DNA of 64,000 bases, taken from the NCBI RefSeq assembly GCF_000737315.1, contig NZ_JMCB01000003.1:930001-994000 (forward strand), written 5' to 3'. Source of the stretch: Hyalangium minutum. Lineage in GTDB: Bacteria; Myxococcota; Myxococcia; Myxococcales; Myxococcaceae. Positions 29,118 to 38,721 of the stretch are shown here, piece by piece (positions within the stretch are counted from its first letter, which is position 1; the number at the start of each line of letters is the position of its first letter). The notes beneath the pieces were generated by a model that was given only the letters and a program-made list of their open reading frames with translations, made no database searches and was not told where the DNA came from. The position numbers and the translations under genes were made by a program.

Positions 29118-29663
29118 TCAGCGCTGAGCGCGGTGGATGAGCTCGTTGAGCGGCGCGGTGTTGTTCACCATGTTTCGCGCGTGCTCGGCCCCGAGAATGG
29201 GCAGCTTCGGATCGGTGATCAGCCCCGCCTGTTTCATCATCGAAGCGGTGTCCCAGTAGAGGTGCTCCGCCGAGATCCGGCCGTTCTCGATGTAGACCAC
29301 CACCACCATCGCGAACTCGATGTACTTGCCCGTCGGCGGAACGCCGGGCAGCACCCAGTCCATCTGGATGCTGTGGGTGAACTTGACCACGAGCTCATCC
29401 ACCACGCGGTGGGTGCCCACCGTCCGAGACACGGAGGTGACCTCGAGATCCGGCGGCAGCTGGTTCAGGAAGTGCTTGGCGTAGAACGTGCGGAGCTCCT
29501 CGGTGCCTCGTCCGCCCACCATGGTCGAGACGATGGTCACCCGCGGGTTGTCCGTCATCGTCGACAGCGCCTCCTCGGGGCTCTTGTGGGCGAACTCCGA
29601 CTCCAGGTGCTTGTCCCAGAGAGAAGAGGCCAACTTCTCCGCGGACGACAAAGACTCACTCAT
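29118..29663 (-). CDS. SnoaL-like / ester cyclase family protein
   Basis: WDKHLESEF, VVDE, FTHS.QMDWVLPGVPPTGK, EHLYWDTASM. Confidence 0.85.
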   Translation of the reverse strand: MSESLSSAEKLASSLWDKHLESEFAHKSPEEALSTMTDNPRVTIVSTMVGGRGTEELRTFYAKHFLNQLPPDLEVTSVSRTVGTHRVVDELVVKFTHSIQMDWVLPGVPPTGKYIEFAMVVVVYIENGRISAEHLYWDTASMMKQAGLITDPKLPILGAEHARNMVNNTAPLNELIHRAQR

Positions 29664-29714
29664 GGATGAAACCTTTCTCGCGTTGATGTGAAGTGGGTTC
29701 GGGGGATCTGGAGG

Positions 29715-29732
29715 TGTCGACACGTGTCGACA
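29715..29732. promoter_or_regulatory. Perfect 18-bp palindrome, candidate operator
   Basis: TGTCGACACGTGTCGACA is self-complementary; about 50 nt upstream of the SnoaL-ABM pair. Confidence 0.55.
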
Positions 29733-29844
29733 AATGCGCCAGCAGGACCCGCGGCAAGGTTAGCAACGACCGTTCGCGCGCACCTAGCCAGAGGGCCTTC
29801 GTACATGGCCCTTCAACACCCGACAGAACTTAGGTCCAGATGGC

Positions 29845-29863
29845 CCCGACCTCTCAGGTCGGG
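29845..29863 (-). terminator. GC-rich hairpin downstream of 29880 gene
   Basis: cccgacct-ctc-aggtcggg, 8-bp stem, no clear U-tract. Confidence 0.4.
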
Positions 29864-29879
29864 TGACCGAAAGTGACGC

Positions 29880-30395
29880 TCAGGGTAGGCGACCCGCGGC
29901 CGAGTTCCTGCGCGCTGTGTCGAAGGCGGCCTGCAGCGCCTCGACAGCGCCGCCGACTTCTCCGGCGTACTGCACGGCGTGAATCGTGTAGAGGTTCTGC
30001 ACTTCTTCGAGGCGCTTGAACACCGTGCGCAGCTCTGCTCGCTCGCGGGACTTGAGAGCACACCGGCTCTCGCGCTCACGCACGCGCTGTAGCCAGACGT
30101 TGCGGAAGCGTATCCACTCCTGATCCACGCTGCGTGCGGGCGCGGTGCGCACCAGAGTCTCTCGCTGTGTCTCCAGCTCCGTCCACAGGACCTGCGCGGC
30201 GTCCAGGCACTCCTTGAAGGTCATCACCTGATCCGGCTCCGCGGGAGGCGGACGCTCCGGCGTCATCGCCGATACAGAGCCTGTCACATTCACGATGATC
30301 CAGAGACTGAAGAGCGCGGAGACGAGGATGTGGACCCCGTACGCGGCAGCTCGGAACGGGCGGAAGCGGGGGTCTTTGGGGTCGACGTCGGGCAC
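29880..30395 (-). CDS. Hypothetical single-pass membrane protein
   Basis: N-terminal TM (GVHILVSALFSLWIIV), helical C-terminal domain with two Cys; GGAG upstream. Confidence 0.7.
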   Translation of the reverse strand: MPDVDPKDPRFRPFRAAAYGVHILVSALFSLWIIVNVTGSVSAMTPERPPPAEPDQVMTFKECLDAAQVLWTELETQRETLVRTAPARSVDQEWIRFRNVWLQRVRERESRCALKSRERAELRTVFKRLEEVQNLYTIHAVQYAGEVGGAVEALQAAFDTARRNSAAGRLP

Positions 30396-30458
30396 GGAGT
30401 CTCCGTCTTACGACCGAGGCCCTCGGGAGGCAACGACGGACTGATGCAGTGGGTAGGA

Positions 30459-30508
30459 CAAAACACAAAACCCGCGTGGGGGGAGAGCTGCTCCCTCACC
30501 CACGCGGG
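30459..30508 (-). terminator. Intrinsic terminator after TPR gene
   Basis: cccgcgtggg...cccacgcggg outer stem with inner gggag/ctccc, followed on the minus strand by ttttgtgttttg. Confidence 0.75.
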
Positions 30509-30526
30509 CGTGTGTACGACGGGGAG

Positions 30527-31549
30527 CTACTGAGCCGGAGCGGGCGTCGGAGCCGGAGCCGCGGGGGCCGGAGCCGGGGTGGCCGCCGCCGCCGGAGCCG
30601 CCGTGGCCGGAGCCGGAGCCGCCGCGCCCGGAGCCGCAGGGGTATCGGTGATCAGGCCGGCCTGGCGCTTGGCCGAGTTCAGGCGCGCCTTCATGGCGCC
30701 CATGTACTGGCTGGCCGGGTAGTTGCCGATGGCGTCGCGGATGGTGGCCAGCGCCTTATCCAGCTGGTTGGTCTCCTGGTACGACTGGGCCAGCAGCACC
30801 ATGGCGTAGTCACGCGTCTTGGACTTCTTGTCGCCATCCACGAAGCGGGCCAGCAGCGGCCACGCCTTGTCGTGCTGGTTGATGCTGTTGTACGCGGCGC
30901 CCAGGAAGAAGGAAGCGTCCAGCGCGTCCGCCTCGGTGGGGTTCATCGCCATGAAGCGGGCCAGATCCTCGGTCGCGGCCCTCATCTCGTTGCGGCGGAA
31001 GGCGGCCTTGCCGCGCTCGAGGGCGGCGTCGCCGATCTCCTTGCGCAGCAGCACCGCGCGGTCATTGAGCGCCTGTCGCTCCAGCGCGGACAGCCGCGAG
31101 GTGTCCAGCTTCAACAGCGCGTCGATGCCCTTGAGGCGCTCGTCACCCGGCAGCGTGGTCATCAGCTTGTAGACGTCCGCGGCGGCGCGCTGGGCGCTCT
31201 GGTTGGCGGACAGCTCCGCGCGCTGCTTCTCCAGCTGCGAGCTCAGGTCAGCCACGGACTTCTCCAGGCGCTCGCGCTCGGCGCCCGCGGTGGAGTTGCG
31301 CGCGTTGGCGACCATGAAAGCACCGCCCACGGCCAGGATGGCGAACAGCGCGTAGGCCACGCCCGAGGAGATCCACTGCCGGCGCTGGAAGTCCTCATGG
31401 CGCTTGCCAACGGTCTTCACCTCCGCATGCAGGTTCTTCAGGAGGTTGTCCGTCTTGATGACGAGGTTGCGCGCCTCGATCACCTCCTTGCGGATCTCCG
31501 TCAGCTCCTTCTCGACTTCGACTGGCTTGGTCTCAGCTGCCATGGACAT
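30527..31549 (-). CDS. Coiled-coil, TM and TPR protein (YbgF/CpoB-like C-terminus)
   Basis: N-terminal coiled coil, TM segment, TPR motifs (FFLGAAY, LLAQSY...YPASQY), Pro/Ala tail. Confidence 0.7.
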   Translation of the reverse strand: MSMAAETKPVEVEKELTEIRKEVIEARNLVIKTDNLLKNLHAEVKTVGKRHEDFQRRQWISSGVAYALFAILAVGGAFMVANARNSTAGAERERLEKSVADLSSQLEKQRAELSANQSAQRAAADVYKLMTTLPGDERLKGIDALLKLDTSRLSALERQALNDRAVLLRKEIGDAALERGKAAFRRNEMRAATEDLARFMAMNPTEADALDASFFLGAAYNSINQHDKAWPLLARFVDGDKKSKTRDYAMVLLAQSYQETNQLDKALATIRDAIGNYPASQYMGAMKARLNSAKRQAGLITDTPAAPGAAAPAPATAAPAAAATPAPAPAAPAPTPAPAQ

Positions 31550-31705
31550 CTTCCTGGTGGGCCCGGTGAGGATTTCGGCCGGCTCGCGCATCGTAAATTT
31601 TCCCCTGGTCGGTCAACGACTTTCGGCACCGGGAACAGGGTCCGGGTGCCGATCCATTCCACAGGCTGGCCAGGGAGGGCAGCCAGGGGAACGGGCGCCC
31701 CCGCG

Positions 31706-32383
31706 CTAGAACGAGGACCTCGAGGCAGGCCCCGTGTCGGGCGGGAAGGCGTAGTTCACCCCCACGGTGAGCCAGCTACCACCCGCGTTGAAGGAGCCGA
31801 ACTTCTGGTCCGTCCGGCCCACGGCCCCTCGGGCAAAGACCTGCCGGAACTCCACGGTGAGGCCCCACTGGGGGCTCAGGTGCATCGTGGCCCCCGCCGA
31901 CCCGCCCCAGGCCTGAGAGAGTGTCTCGCGCGGCGGCTGGTCCTTGAAGGTCGCCGTGGCGAGCATGGGCCCCGTGAGGATGCCCAGGAAGGGCACCGTG
32001 CCCTCCGGCCCGATGTCCAGCCAACCTTGGAAGCGCAGGCCCAGCAACGCGCCGTAGGCCCAGGTCGTCAGCTGGGGCTGGTTCGCCAGTTGAGGCTGCT
32101 CTGCCAGGGCGAACAGGTCGATGCCCACCTCGATCAGGTCCGTGATCGAGTACGCGAAGGTGCCAATCCCGAGCGGCCCTCCGCGCGACTGCGGGGCGCG
32201 CGCGAGGCCCTGGTTCTCGGGCAACGCATAGTAGGTATCGTAGAAGGTGCTGTTGCTGACGTGGCGCCAGCCGCCCTGCACGGAGATGCGGCTGCCCCCC
32301 TCGAGCGACGGGCCGCCCTGGGCGGACGCGGTAAGCGCAGCAAGAGTGGCAAGAAGGGTGAGCAGCGGGCTCGGTCGCATCAC
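31706..32383 (-). CDS. Outer-membrane beta-barrel protein (OmpA/OmpW-like)
   Basis: Signal peptide; alternating aromatic/hydrophobic strands; terminal LTVGVNYAF. Confidence 0.7.
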   Translation of the reverse strand: MMRPSPLLTLLATLAALTASAQGGPSLEGGSRISVQGGWRHVSNSTFYDTYYALPENQGLARAPQSRGGPLGIGTFAYSITDLIEVGIDLFALAEQPQLANQPQLTTWAYGALLGLRFQGWLDIGPEGTVPFLGILTGPMLATATFKDQPPRETLSQAWGGSAGATMHLSPQWGLTVEFRQVFARGAVGRTDQKFGSFNAGGSWLTVGVNYAFPPDTGPASRSSF

Positions 32384-32503
32384 GGATCTTCCGGTCGAGC
32401 ACGAGCAAGTTCATCCCCACTTCCACACCCGTGCTACAGGAGTGTGGCGCACCGTAGCAGTGACCCCTGAGGCGTCAATTTTCCAGCCACGGGCCGAGGC
32501 GCT

Positions 32504-34324
32504 TCAGCGCGCCCGGCGCTCCAGCTCCAGCAGGGGCATCTCCAGTACGACCACGGTGCCGTGGCGGCACGTGGGGTGAAAGTCCGCCCGGTCCAGCTCT
32601 CCGAGCAGGGCTCGCAGCTGGGCGTCCGTCAGCTTCTCCGCGGAGACCTGGGCGGCATGGCAGGCCATGACCCGGAGCGCCTCAGCCAGCTCCACCGCGT
32701 CCAGCGAGGCCCCCGCCGGAGGCAGCGCCTGGGCCAGCGCCTCCAGGAGCGCGCGAGGGTCCACGCCTTCGAGGCCCGGAGGCACGGACTTGAGCGCAAA
32801 GCTCGTTCCGCCGAAGGGCTCCACGTCCAGCCCCAGCCGCGCCAGCGCGTCACGGCCTCCCATGAGCGCCTTGGCGATGGGCAGGGGCAGCTCCACCGTG
32901 GTGCCGAAGAGCGAGGGCGTAGGGCCCTTCCCCTCCTCCAGGATGTGATGGAAGTCCATCAGCCGGGCCCGCTCCAGGGCCGCGTGCCGGTCCAGCACCA
33001 CGAGCGTGCCACCCGGGCCCTCGCACACCTGGAAGCGATCGCCGAGCACCCCCATGGGCTTCAGCGCTCCGAAGTAACCGGGCGGTGGCGCCTCGTTGAG
33101 CTGCGGCAGGGCCATGCCAAAGGACGGGGCCCGGCCCATGGGCACGGGAGGCGGTGGCGTACCAGCAGAGAGAGGCGCCCCCATCGAGGGAGCATCCGCA
33201 GCCGTGGGCAGGGGCATCGGGCCACCCCAGACCGCCTCCTGCGCCCGGGTGAGGAAGCGCTCCACGGCCTGGGCATAGTGTGCAGCCTGCCGCTGCGGAT
33301 CGACGGCCTCGGGCGCGCCGGAACCGAGCCACGGAGCGGCACGGAGCGTGCGAACGATGGCCGCGAGCACGGCGTCATACACACCGCGGCCGTCGGAGAA
33401 GCGCACCTCCAGCTTCTGCGGGTGCACGTTCACGTCCACGGTGTGGGGATCCACGTCCAGGTAGAGCACCACGAGCGGCTGGCGTCCGGACGGCAGGTAC
33501 TCCTGATAGGCGCGCTGGATGGAGGAGATGAGGCCTCGGTCCCGCACGTAGCGCTGGTTGACGAAGGTGTAGATGCCGCGCGCCGTGGGCAGCGTGTACT
33601 CGGGCGAGGCCACGAAGCCCAGCACGGTGACGCCCAGCCGACGCTCCTCCACGGGGAACAGGTGCGGGTGCACGTCGGCCCCGAGCGCGGCGGCGATCCG
33701 CTCGGTGGGATCGTCCGGGCACGCCGGACTGGTGAAGAGCGGCAGCCCGCCGTGCTCGACCAGGAACGACACGTCCGGGTGCGCCAGGGCGATCCGGATG
33801 ACCGCCTCCTCCACGTGCTTCAGCTCCGTCTCCGCCCGGCGCATGAACTTCAGCCGCGCGGGCGTGTTGTAGAAGAGGTCCTCGACCGAGATCACCGTGC
33901 CCGGCCGGGGCGGTGCGTCCTCCACCACCGGCGGACTGCCTCCTTCCACCGTCACCCGGGTGCCCACCTCCGCTCCCGGCTCGGCGGTGTGCAGGGTGAA
34001 GCGCGACACGGCGGCGATGGCCGGAATGGCCTCCCCTCGGAAGCCCTTGCTGCCGAGGTTCTGCAGATCGTCCAGTTCTCGAAGCTTGCTGGTGGCGTGA
34101 CGCTCCAGGCAGAGCACCGCGTCCTCGCGCCCCATACCGTGGCCATCATCGGAGATGACCATGCGCTGCAGACCTCCACCCTCCAGGGACACCTGCACGG
34201 TGTGCGCCCCCGCGTCGAGCGAGTTCTCCACCAGCTCCTTCACGACGGAGGCCGGCCGCTCCACCACCTCGCCGGCGGCGATCTTGTTGATGAGGTCGTT
34301 GCTGAGTCGAGCAATGCGGGACAT
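32504..34324 (-). CDS. mutL: DNA mismatch repair protein MutL
   Basis: INKIAAGEVVERPASVVKELVENSLDAG, DDGHG, HATSK, GFRGEA, DVNVHPQKLEV. Confidence 0.97.
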   Translation of the reverse strand: MSRIARLSNDLINKIAAGEVVERPASVVKELVENSLDAGAHTVQVSLEGGGLQRMVISDDGHGMGREDAVLCLERHATSKLRELDDLQNLGSKGFRGEAIPAIAAVSRFTLHTAEPGAEVGTRVTVEGGSPPVVEDAPPRPGTVISVEDLFYNTPARLKFMRRAETELKHVEEAVIRIALAHPDVSFLVEHGGLPLFTSPACPDDPTERIAAALGADVHPHLFPVEERRLGVTVLGFVASPEYTLPTARGIYTFVNQRYVRDRGLISSIQRAYQEYLPSGRQPLVVLYLDVDPHTVDVNVHPQKLEVRFSDGRGVYDAVLAAIVRTLRAAPWLGSGAPEAVDPQRQAAHYAQAVERFLTRAQEAVWGGPMPLPTAADAPSMGAPLSAGTPPPPVPMGRAPSFGMALPQLNEAPPPGYFGALKPMGVLGDRFQVCEGPGGTLVVLDRHAALERARLMDFHHILEEGKGPTPSLFGTTVELPLPIAKALMGGRDALARLGLDVEPFGGTSFALKSVPPGLEGVDPRALLEALAQALPPAGASLDAVELAEALRVMACHAAQVSAEKLTDAQLRALLGELDRADFHPTCRHGTVVVLEMPLLELERRAR

Positions 34325-34442
34325 GGACGCGTTTCAGCCTCTCAAGGTAGTGCGTCCTGCGCAACACCCAGAACGTTGGGCTCTGTTTCCTACGGGAAAG
34401 GCTGACTTTCCCTCGGTTCTTGGGTAACACGCCCTCCTCCGA

Positions 34443-35405
34443 ATGGATGCGACCCGAGCAGGCAAGAGGGGGCTCCGCGTCGCCGTGACTGGCGCGAGCG
34501 GAGACTTTGGCAGGCTGCTGCTGCCACTGCTGGAAAAGGACCCAGCGGTGCAGAGCGTGCTGGTACTCGACGTGGCGCGACCCGAGGGCACGAAGGTGGA
34601 GTACCACCGGGTGGACCTCACCCGCCACGACGCCGAGAGCGAGCTGACCGACGCACTCGCCGAACATCCCGTGGACGCCTTCTACCATTTGGCGTTCCCC
34701 TTCGGCCGCGTGCGCAACGGCTCGCTGGCGCACGAGCTGGAGGTGATGGGCACCCTCAACGTGCTGGCCGCGGTGGGCCGCGCGAAGATTGCCCGGCTCG
34801 TGGTGCCCTCGCTCACCGCCGTGTACGGCGCGCGGGGACAGCACCCCGCCCTGCTGCGCGAGGAGGCCCCGCTGCTGGGCTGTCCCTCCAGCCGCTTCGT
34901 CAGCGACAAGGTGCAGGTGGAGGGCCAGGTGCGCTCGTTCCGCGAGCGCCACCCGGACACGCGTGTGCTCGTGCTGCGCTTCGCTCCCATCCTGGGCCCC
35001 TCCATGAACAACCCGGCCACGCGCATGCTCAAGAAGCCCGTGGTGCCCACCCTGCTGGGGTTCGATCCCCTGTGGCAGGCGCTCCACGAGGAGGACGCCG
35101 CGCGGGCCCTGCACCGGGCGCTGACCTGCGAAGCCTCGGGCGAGTTCAACATCGTGGGCCAGGGCGTGCTGCCGCTCTCCGCGCTGATTCGTCAGGCGGG
35201 AGGCCGTCCGCTCCCCCTCCCCGGCCCGCTGTTCCGCGCCGCCGTGCGCGCCCTGGACACCGTGGGCGCCCGGGGATTGCCCGTCGGGCTGTTCGACTAC
35301 ATCCATTACAGCTGGGTCGCGGACGGCGAGCGTGCCGAGTCCGCGCTCGGTTTCATTCCCATCCATCACGCCCGGGACGCTGCCGCGGCGCTGAGGAGGA
35401 TCTGA
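34443..35405 (+). CDS. NAD-dependent epimerase/dehydratase (extended SDR)
   Basis: VAVTGASGDFG Rossmann motif, HLAF, AVYG, FNIVG. Confidence 0.85.
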   Translation: MDATRAGKRGLRVAVTGASGDFGRLLLPLLEKDPAVQSVLVLDVARPEGTKVEYHRVDLTRHDAESELTDALAEHPVDAFYHLAFPFGRVRNGSLAHELEVMGTLNVLAAVGRAKIARLVVPSLTAVYGARGQHPALLREEAPLLGCPSSRFVSDKVQVEGQVRSFRERHPDTRVLVLRFAPILGPSMNNPATRMLKKPVVPTLLGFDPLWQALHEEDAARALHRALTCEASGEFNIVGQGVLPLSALIRQAGGRPLPLPGPLFRAAVRALDTVGARGLPVGLFDYIHYSWVADGERAESALGFIPIHHARDAAAALRRI

Positions 35406-35408
35406 GCC

Positions 35409-37280
35409 ATGGCCACCAAGGGAGTGCTCGGGAACGATCCGTTCCAGCGCGGCGCCGCGCAGCGCCCCACCGAGTCCCAGCCGTCCCCTGCGCGAGCGCC
35501 GGAGAAGGCCGCTGCCCCAAAGAAGGCCAAGGCCTCGGGCGTCAAGGCCGCAGCGAAGAAGGCACGCCCCGAGAAGGGCTCGGGCAAAGCGGCCAAGACC
35601 CAAAAATCGTCCAAGGCTCGCAAGCCGGGCCGGGGCGCGAGTGTCTCCGAGCAGGAGGCGCATCGGTTGAGGGAGCCCGGGGCTCCCGAGACGCCGCACC
35701 GGAGGCCTCCTGCCCGCGTTCCTGTGGTGGGGGACTCCCCTGGGGCCACCCTGCCCCGGACACCGAAGGAGCAGGAGGTCGATCGCGTGCTGGCCACCGC
35801 TGCCGCCTCCGAGGCCTCCGAGGCCGCCGCCGAAGCCGCCGCCGAGGTCGCGGTGGAGACGATGCTGGCGCTCCAGGCGCAGCAGGCGAGCGCGGTGGGA
35901 GCAGCTCCTCCGGGCGAGTTGGAGCAGGCCTGGAACCGGGAGCTGGCGACCGCAGTCGTCGCGGAGGCCGCAGAGGCCGCCGCTGAGGCCGTGCTGGCCT
36001 CGGCGCTCTTGGCGGTCAGCGCCAGCGCGGATCTGGCGGCAGAGCCATTGATCATGGAGGAGCGGGCGACGATCGGCGTCCCCTATGAGGAGGGCGAGAT
36101 ACCTCCCAGCAGCTTCTCGGCCGGGGTGACGGTCATCGACCGGGCGTACTCCGAGTCCGGCGAGGAGTTCGACGAGCAGCCCGACGAGGAACCGGACGAG
36201 GAGGCCAACGAGGTGCCCGTGGGCGTCGCTGCCAGCGCCAGGGTGGAGCCCGAGCAGGAGCTGCAAGATACGGAGCGGGACGAGTACGCTCCCCGGAGCG
36301 AGCCCGCCCTCTCGATGGTGCCGCCGTCCGCGGACCGGGAGCCTCCCCAGGAGCCTTTCTTCACGGACCAGGTCCAGGGAGCAGCGCCAGACACGTCCGA
36401 GCCTCGCGCCTCGGGGGTGCTCTCGCTGGCCAAGGAGATCGCCTTCCAGGCGCTGGCGAACGCGTCCGTGGGCAAGGCGCTGGGCACGGCACAGGGGCTG
36501 CTGGGCGCGATGAGCGCGGGCCTGGGCATCAGCGGCAGCACGTCTCTGGATGAGTACGGCCGGGACTCGGAGCTGGTGGATGGGCTCCAGCCGCTGCTGG
36601 ACTTCCTCTACGAGCGCTACTGGCGGGTGTCGGTGCAGGGAGCGGACGCGATCCCCTCGGGGGGCGCGATCCTCGTGGCCAACCACTCCGGGGCGCTGCC
36701 CTACGATGGGCTGGTGGCCGCGCTGGCGCTCCTCCGCGAGCGGCCGGATCTGCGCGAGCCCCGCTGGCTGGTGGAGGACCAGGTGTTCCATGCACCGGTG
36801 CTCGGCACGCTGTTCAACCGGCTGGGTGCGGTGCGGGCCTGCCCGGAGAACGCGGTGCGGCTGCTGGACGAGCAGCGCCCGGTGCTGGTCTTCCCCGAGG
36901 GTTACCAGGGACTGAGCAAGCCCTTTGCCCAGCGCTACCAGCTCAAGCGTTTCGGGCGCGGCGGCTTCGTGAAGCTGGCGCTGCGCACGGGGGCGCCCAT
37001 CATCCCGGTGTCCATCGTGGGGTCCGAGGAGACCTCACCGCTGCTGGGGCGCATCCCGGCGGGCTTCCTGGGCGTGCCCTACGTCCCGCTGACGAGCCCC
37101 ATGCCGCTGCCAGCCCGGTGGACGCTGCGCTTCGGCGATCCCATCGGCATGGAGGGGCTGGGGCCGGACGCGGCAGACGACCTGGCCGAGGTGCAGCGGC
37201 TGACCGAGCGCACCCGGGAGGCCATCATGGGCATGCTCCAGGCGCTGCTCCGGGAGCGCCGCTCGGTCTTCGCGGGCTGA
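35409..37280 (+). CDS. Lysophospholipid acyltransferase (PlsC-like) with long low-complexity N-terminus
   Basis: VANHSG..PYD, FPEG, GFVKLAL...PIIPV; about 330 N-terminal residues Lys/Ala then Glu/Ala/Pro rich. Confidence 0.85.
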   Translation: MATKGVLGNDPFQRGAAQRPTESQPSPARAPEKAAAPKKAKASGVKAAAKKARPEKGSGKAAKTQKSSKARKPGRGASVSEQEAHRLREPGAPETPHRRPPARVPVVGDSPGATLPRTPKEQEVDRVLATAAASEASEAAAEAAAEVAVETMLALQAQQASAVGAAPPGELEQAWNRELATAVVAEAAEAAAEAVLASALLAVSASADLAAEPLIMEERATIGVPYEEGEIPPSSFSAGVTVIDRAYSESGEEFDEQPDEEPDEEANEVPVGVAASARVEPEQELQDTERDEYAPRSEPALSMVPPSADREPPQEPFFTDQVQGAAPDTSEPRASGVLSLAKEIAFQALANASVGKALGTAQGLLGAMSAGLGISGSTSLDEYGRDSELVDGLQPLLDFLYERYWRVSVQGADAIPSGGAILVANHSGALPYDGLVAALALLRERPDLREPRWLVEDQVFHAPVLGTLFNRLGAVRACPENAVRLLDEQRPVLVFPEGYQGLSKPFAQRYQLKRFGRGGFVKLALRTGAPIIPVSIVGSEETSPLLGRIPAGFLGVPYVPLTSPMPLPARWTLRFGDPIGMEGLGPDAADDLAEVQRLTERTREAIMGMLQALLRERRSVFAG

Positions 37281-37461
37281 GCCTGGGGAATGGGGACCCC
37301 ACATCATGGGTTTTCCCCCCAGGCAATCGTCCGGGGGAGAACCTTTTGTGGGGCTCCTCTTGGCTTTCGTCAGGAAACGTGACACACGGCAGACGCCTCG
37401 CTCGAACCGAGCGGGGTTCCGGTGCAGCTCATCCAGGCCGGATAAGAAAGAAGACTCGTAA

Positions 37462-37665
37462 ATGGCAACTGGTACCGTGAAGTGGTTCAACGACGCGAAG
37501 GGCTTTGGCTTCATCACGCAGGACGGCGGGGGCGAGGATCTCTTCTGCCACCACACTGCGATTCAGACTCAGGGCTTCCGCACCCTGCAGGAAGGGCAGA
37601 AGGTCGAGTTCGACGTCGCCCGTGGCCCCAAGGGCCTGCAGGCTCAGAACGTGCGCCCGGTCTGA
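37462..37665 (+). CDS. Cold-shock protein (CspA family)
   Basis: [24 protein letters not shown]. Confidence 0.97.
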   Translation: MATGTVKWFNDAKGFGFITQDGGGEDLFCHHTAIQTQGFRTLQEGQKVEFDVARGPKGLQAQNVRPV

Positions 37666-37688
37666 TCCCGCGCATCTGAAGCCTCAAT

Positions 37689-37723
37689 AAGCCCGGTCTC
37701 CTCAAGAGGCCGGGCTTTTCTTT
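37689..37723 (+). terminator. Intrinsic terminator after csp
   Basis: aagcccggtctc-ctcaa-gaggccgggctt followed by ttcttt. Confidence 0.85.
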
Positions 37724-37751
37724 GTTCAGCGCGGCTTCATCGGCCGCACGC

Positions 37752-38636
37752 TCAGACGCACACGCGGTTGCGGCCGCCCGTCTTTGCCTCGTAGAGCTTC
37801 TCGTCCGCCGCGCGCACCAGATCGCCAGCCTCGCGGTGATCGGGCTTGAGCACGGCCACCCCCAGCGACAGCGTCACCGGGATGTGCTGCTTGTCGAAGC
37901 TGAAGTGCTGCTTCGCCACGAGCTGGCGCACCTTCTCCGCGAACTGCTTCGCGCTCTTCAGATCGATCTCCGGGAGGATGACCGCGAACTCCTCGCCGCC
38001 GTAGCGCGCGAACACGTCCTCGCGCCGGATGCGCGTGCGCACCGTCGAGGCCAGCTGCTTGAGGACGTAGTCCCCCGCCAGGTGACCGTGCTGATCGTTG
38101 ATCTGCTTGAAGTGATCGATGTCCATCATCACCAGCGACAGCACCCGCTCGTAGCGGCGGCTCCGGGACAGCTCCCGATCGATCTGCTCGTCGAAGTACC
38201 GGCGGTTGTGGACCTGCGTCAGCCCGTCCATCGTCGTCATCCGGTAGATCTCATCGTGGTACGCCGCCTCGATGTTCCCACCCGCGATGAACTTGAAGAT
38301 CGTCCGCCCGATCTTCACCAGGTCGCCGTTGCGCAGCTCTTGCTCCCCACCGTCCTCCACCGCATGGTCGTTCACGAACGTCCCGTTCGTGGACCCCATG
38401 TCCCGGATGCGCACACCCTTCTTGCTGTTCGTGATCTGCGCGTGGTTGCGGCTCACCGACTCCTGGTCCACGCAGATGTCGGCCTTGGACGAGCGCCCGA
38501 TGATGACCTCCGCTGCCTTGAGGTCATACTTGCGGCCTAGATCCTCGCCGTAGATCACCACCAGCGCCGCATCCAGGTTGAGCGGCCGGTCGGAAATTTT
38601 CGAGATGGCTGTGACGACGGTCTCGTTCTGCGCCAT
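37752..38636 (-). CDS. FHA-GGDEF diguanylate cyclase
   Basis: FHA IGRS...VSRNHA...GSTNGT; [13 protein letters not shown], RxxD I-site (RRED), RYGGEEF. Confidence 0.92.
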   Translation of the reverse strand: MAQNETVVTAISKISDRPLNLDAALVVIYGEDLGRKYDLKAAEVIIGRSSKADICVDQESVSRNHAQITNSKKGVRIRDMGSTNGTFVNDHAVEDGGEQELRNGDLVKIGRTIFKFIAGGNIEAAYHDEIYRMTTMDGLTQVHNRRYFDEQIDRELSRSRRYERVLSLVMMDIDHFKQINDQHGHLAGDYVLKQLASTVRTRIRREDVFARYGGEEFAVILPEIDLKSAKQFAEKVRQLVAKQHFSFDKQHIPVTLSLGVAVLKPDHREAGDLVRAADEKLYEAKTGGRNRVCV

Positions 38637-38721
38637 GTCCGCCCAACTCTAACACCGCGCAAATCAGGAAACGAGTTGTACTCCTTGGTGCACCGTTTAC
38701 CCATGCACCCTGCGCTCAGCT

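Noticed and set aside
34146-36791. Very long alternative ORFs (this one, also 39307..41403, 3092..4666, 13610..15556, 48710..50743, 32561..34405)
   Set aside because: Antisense shadows of real genes, expected at this GC content; no recognisable motifs.
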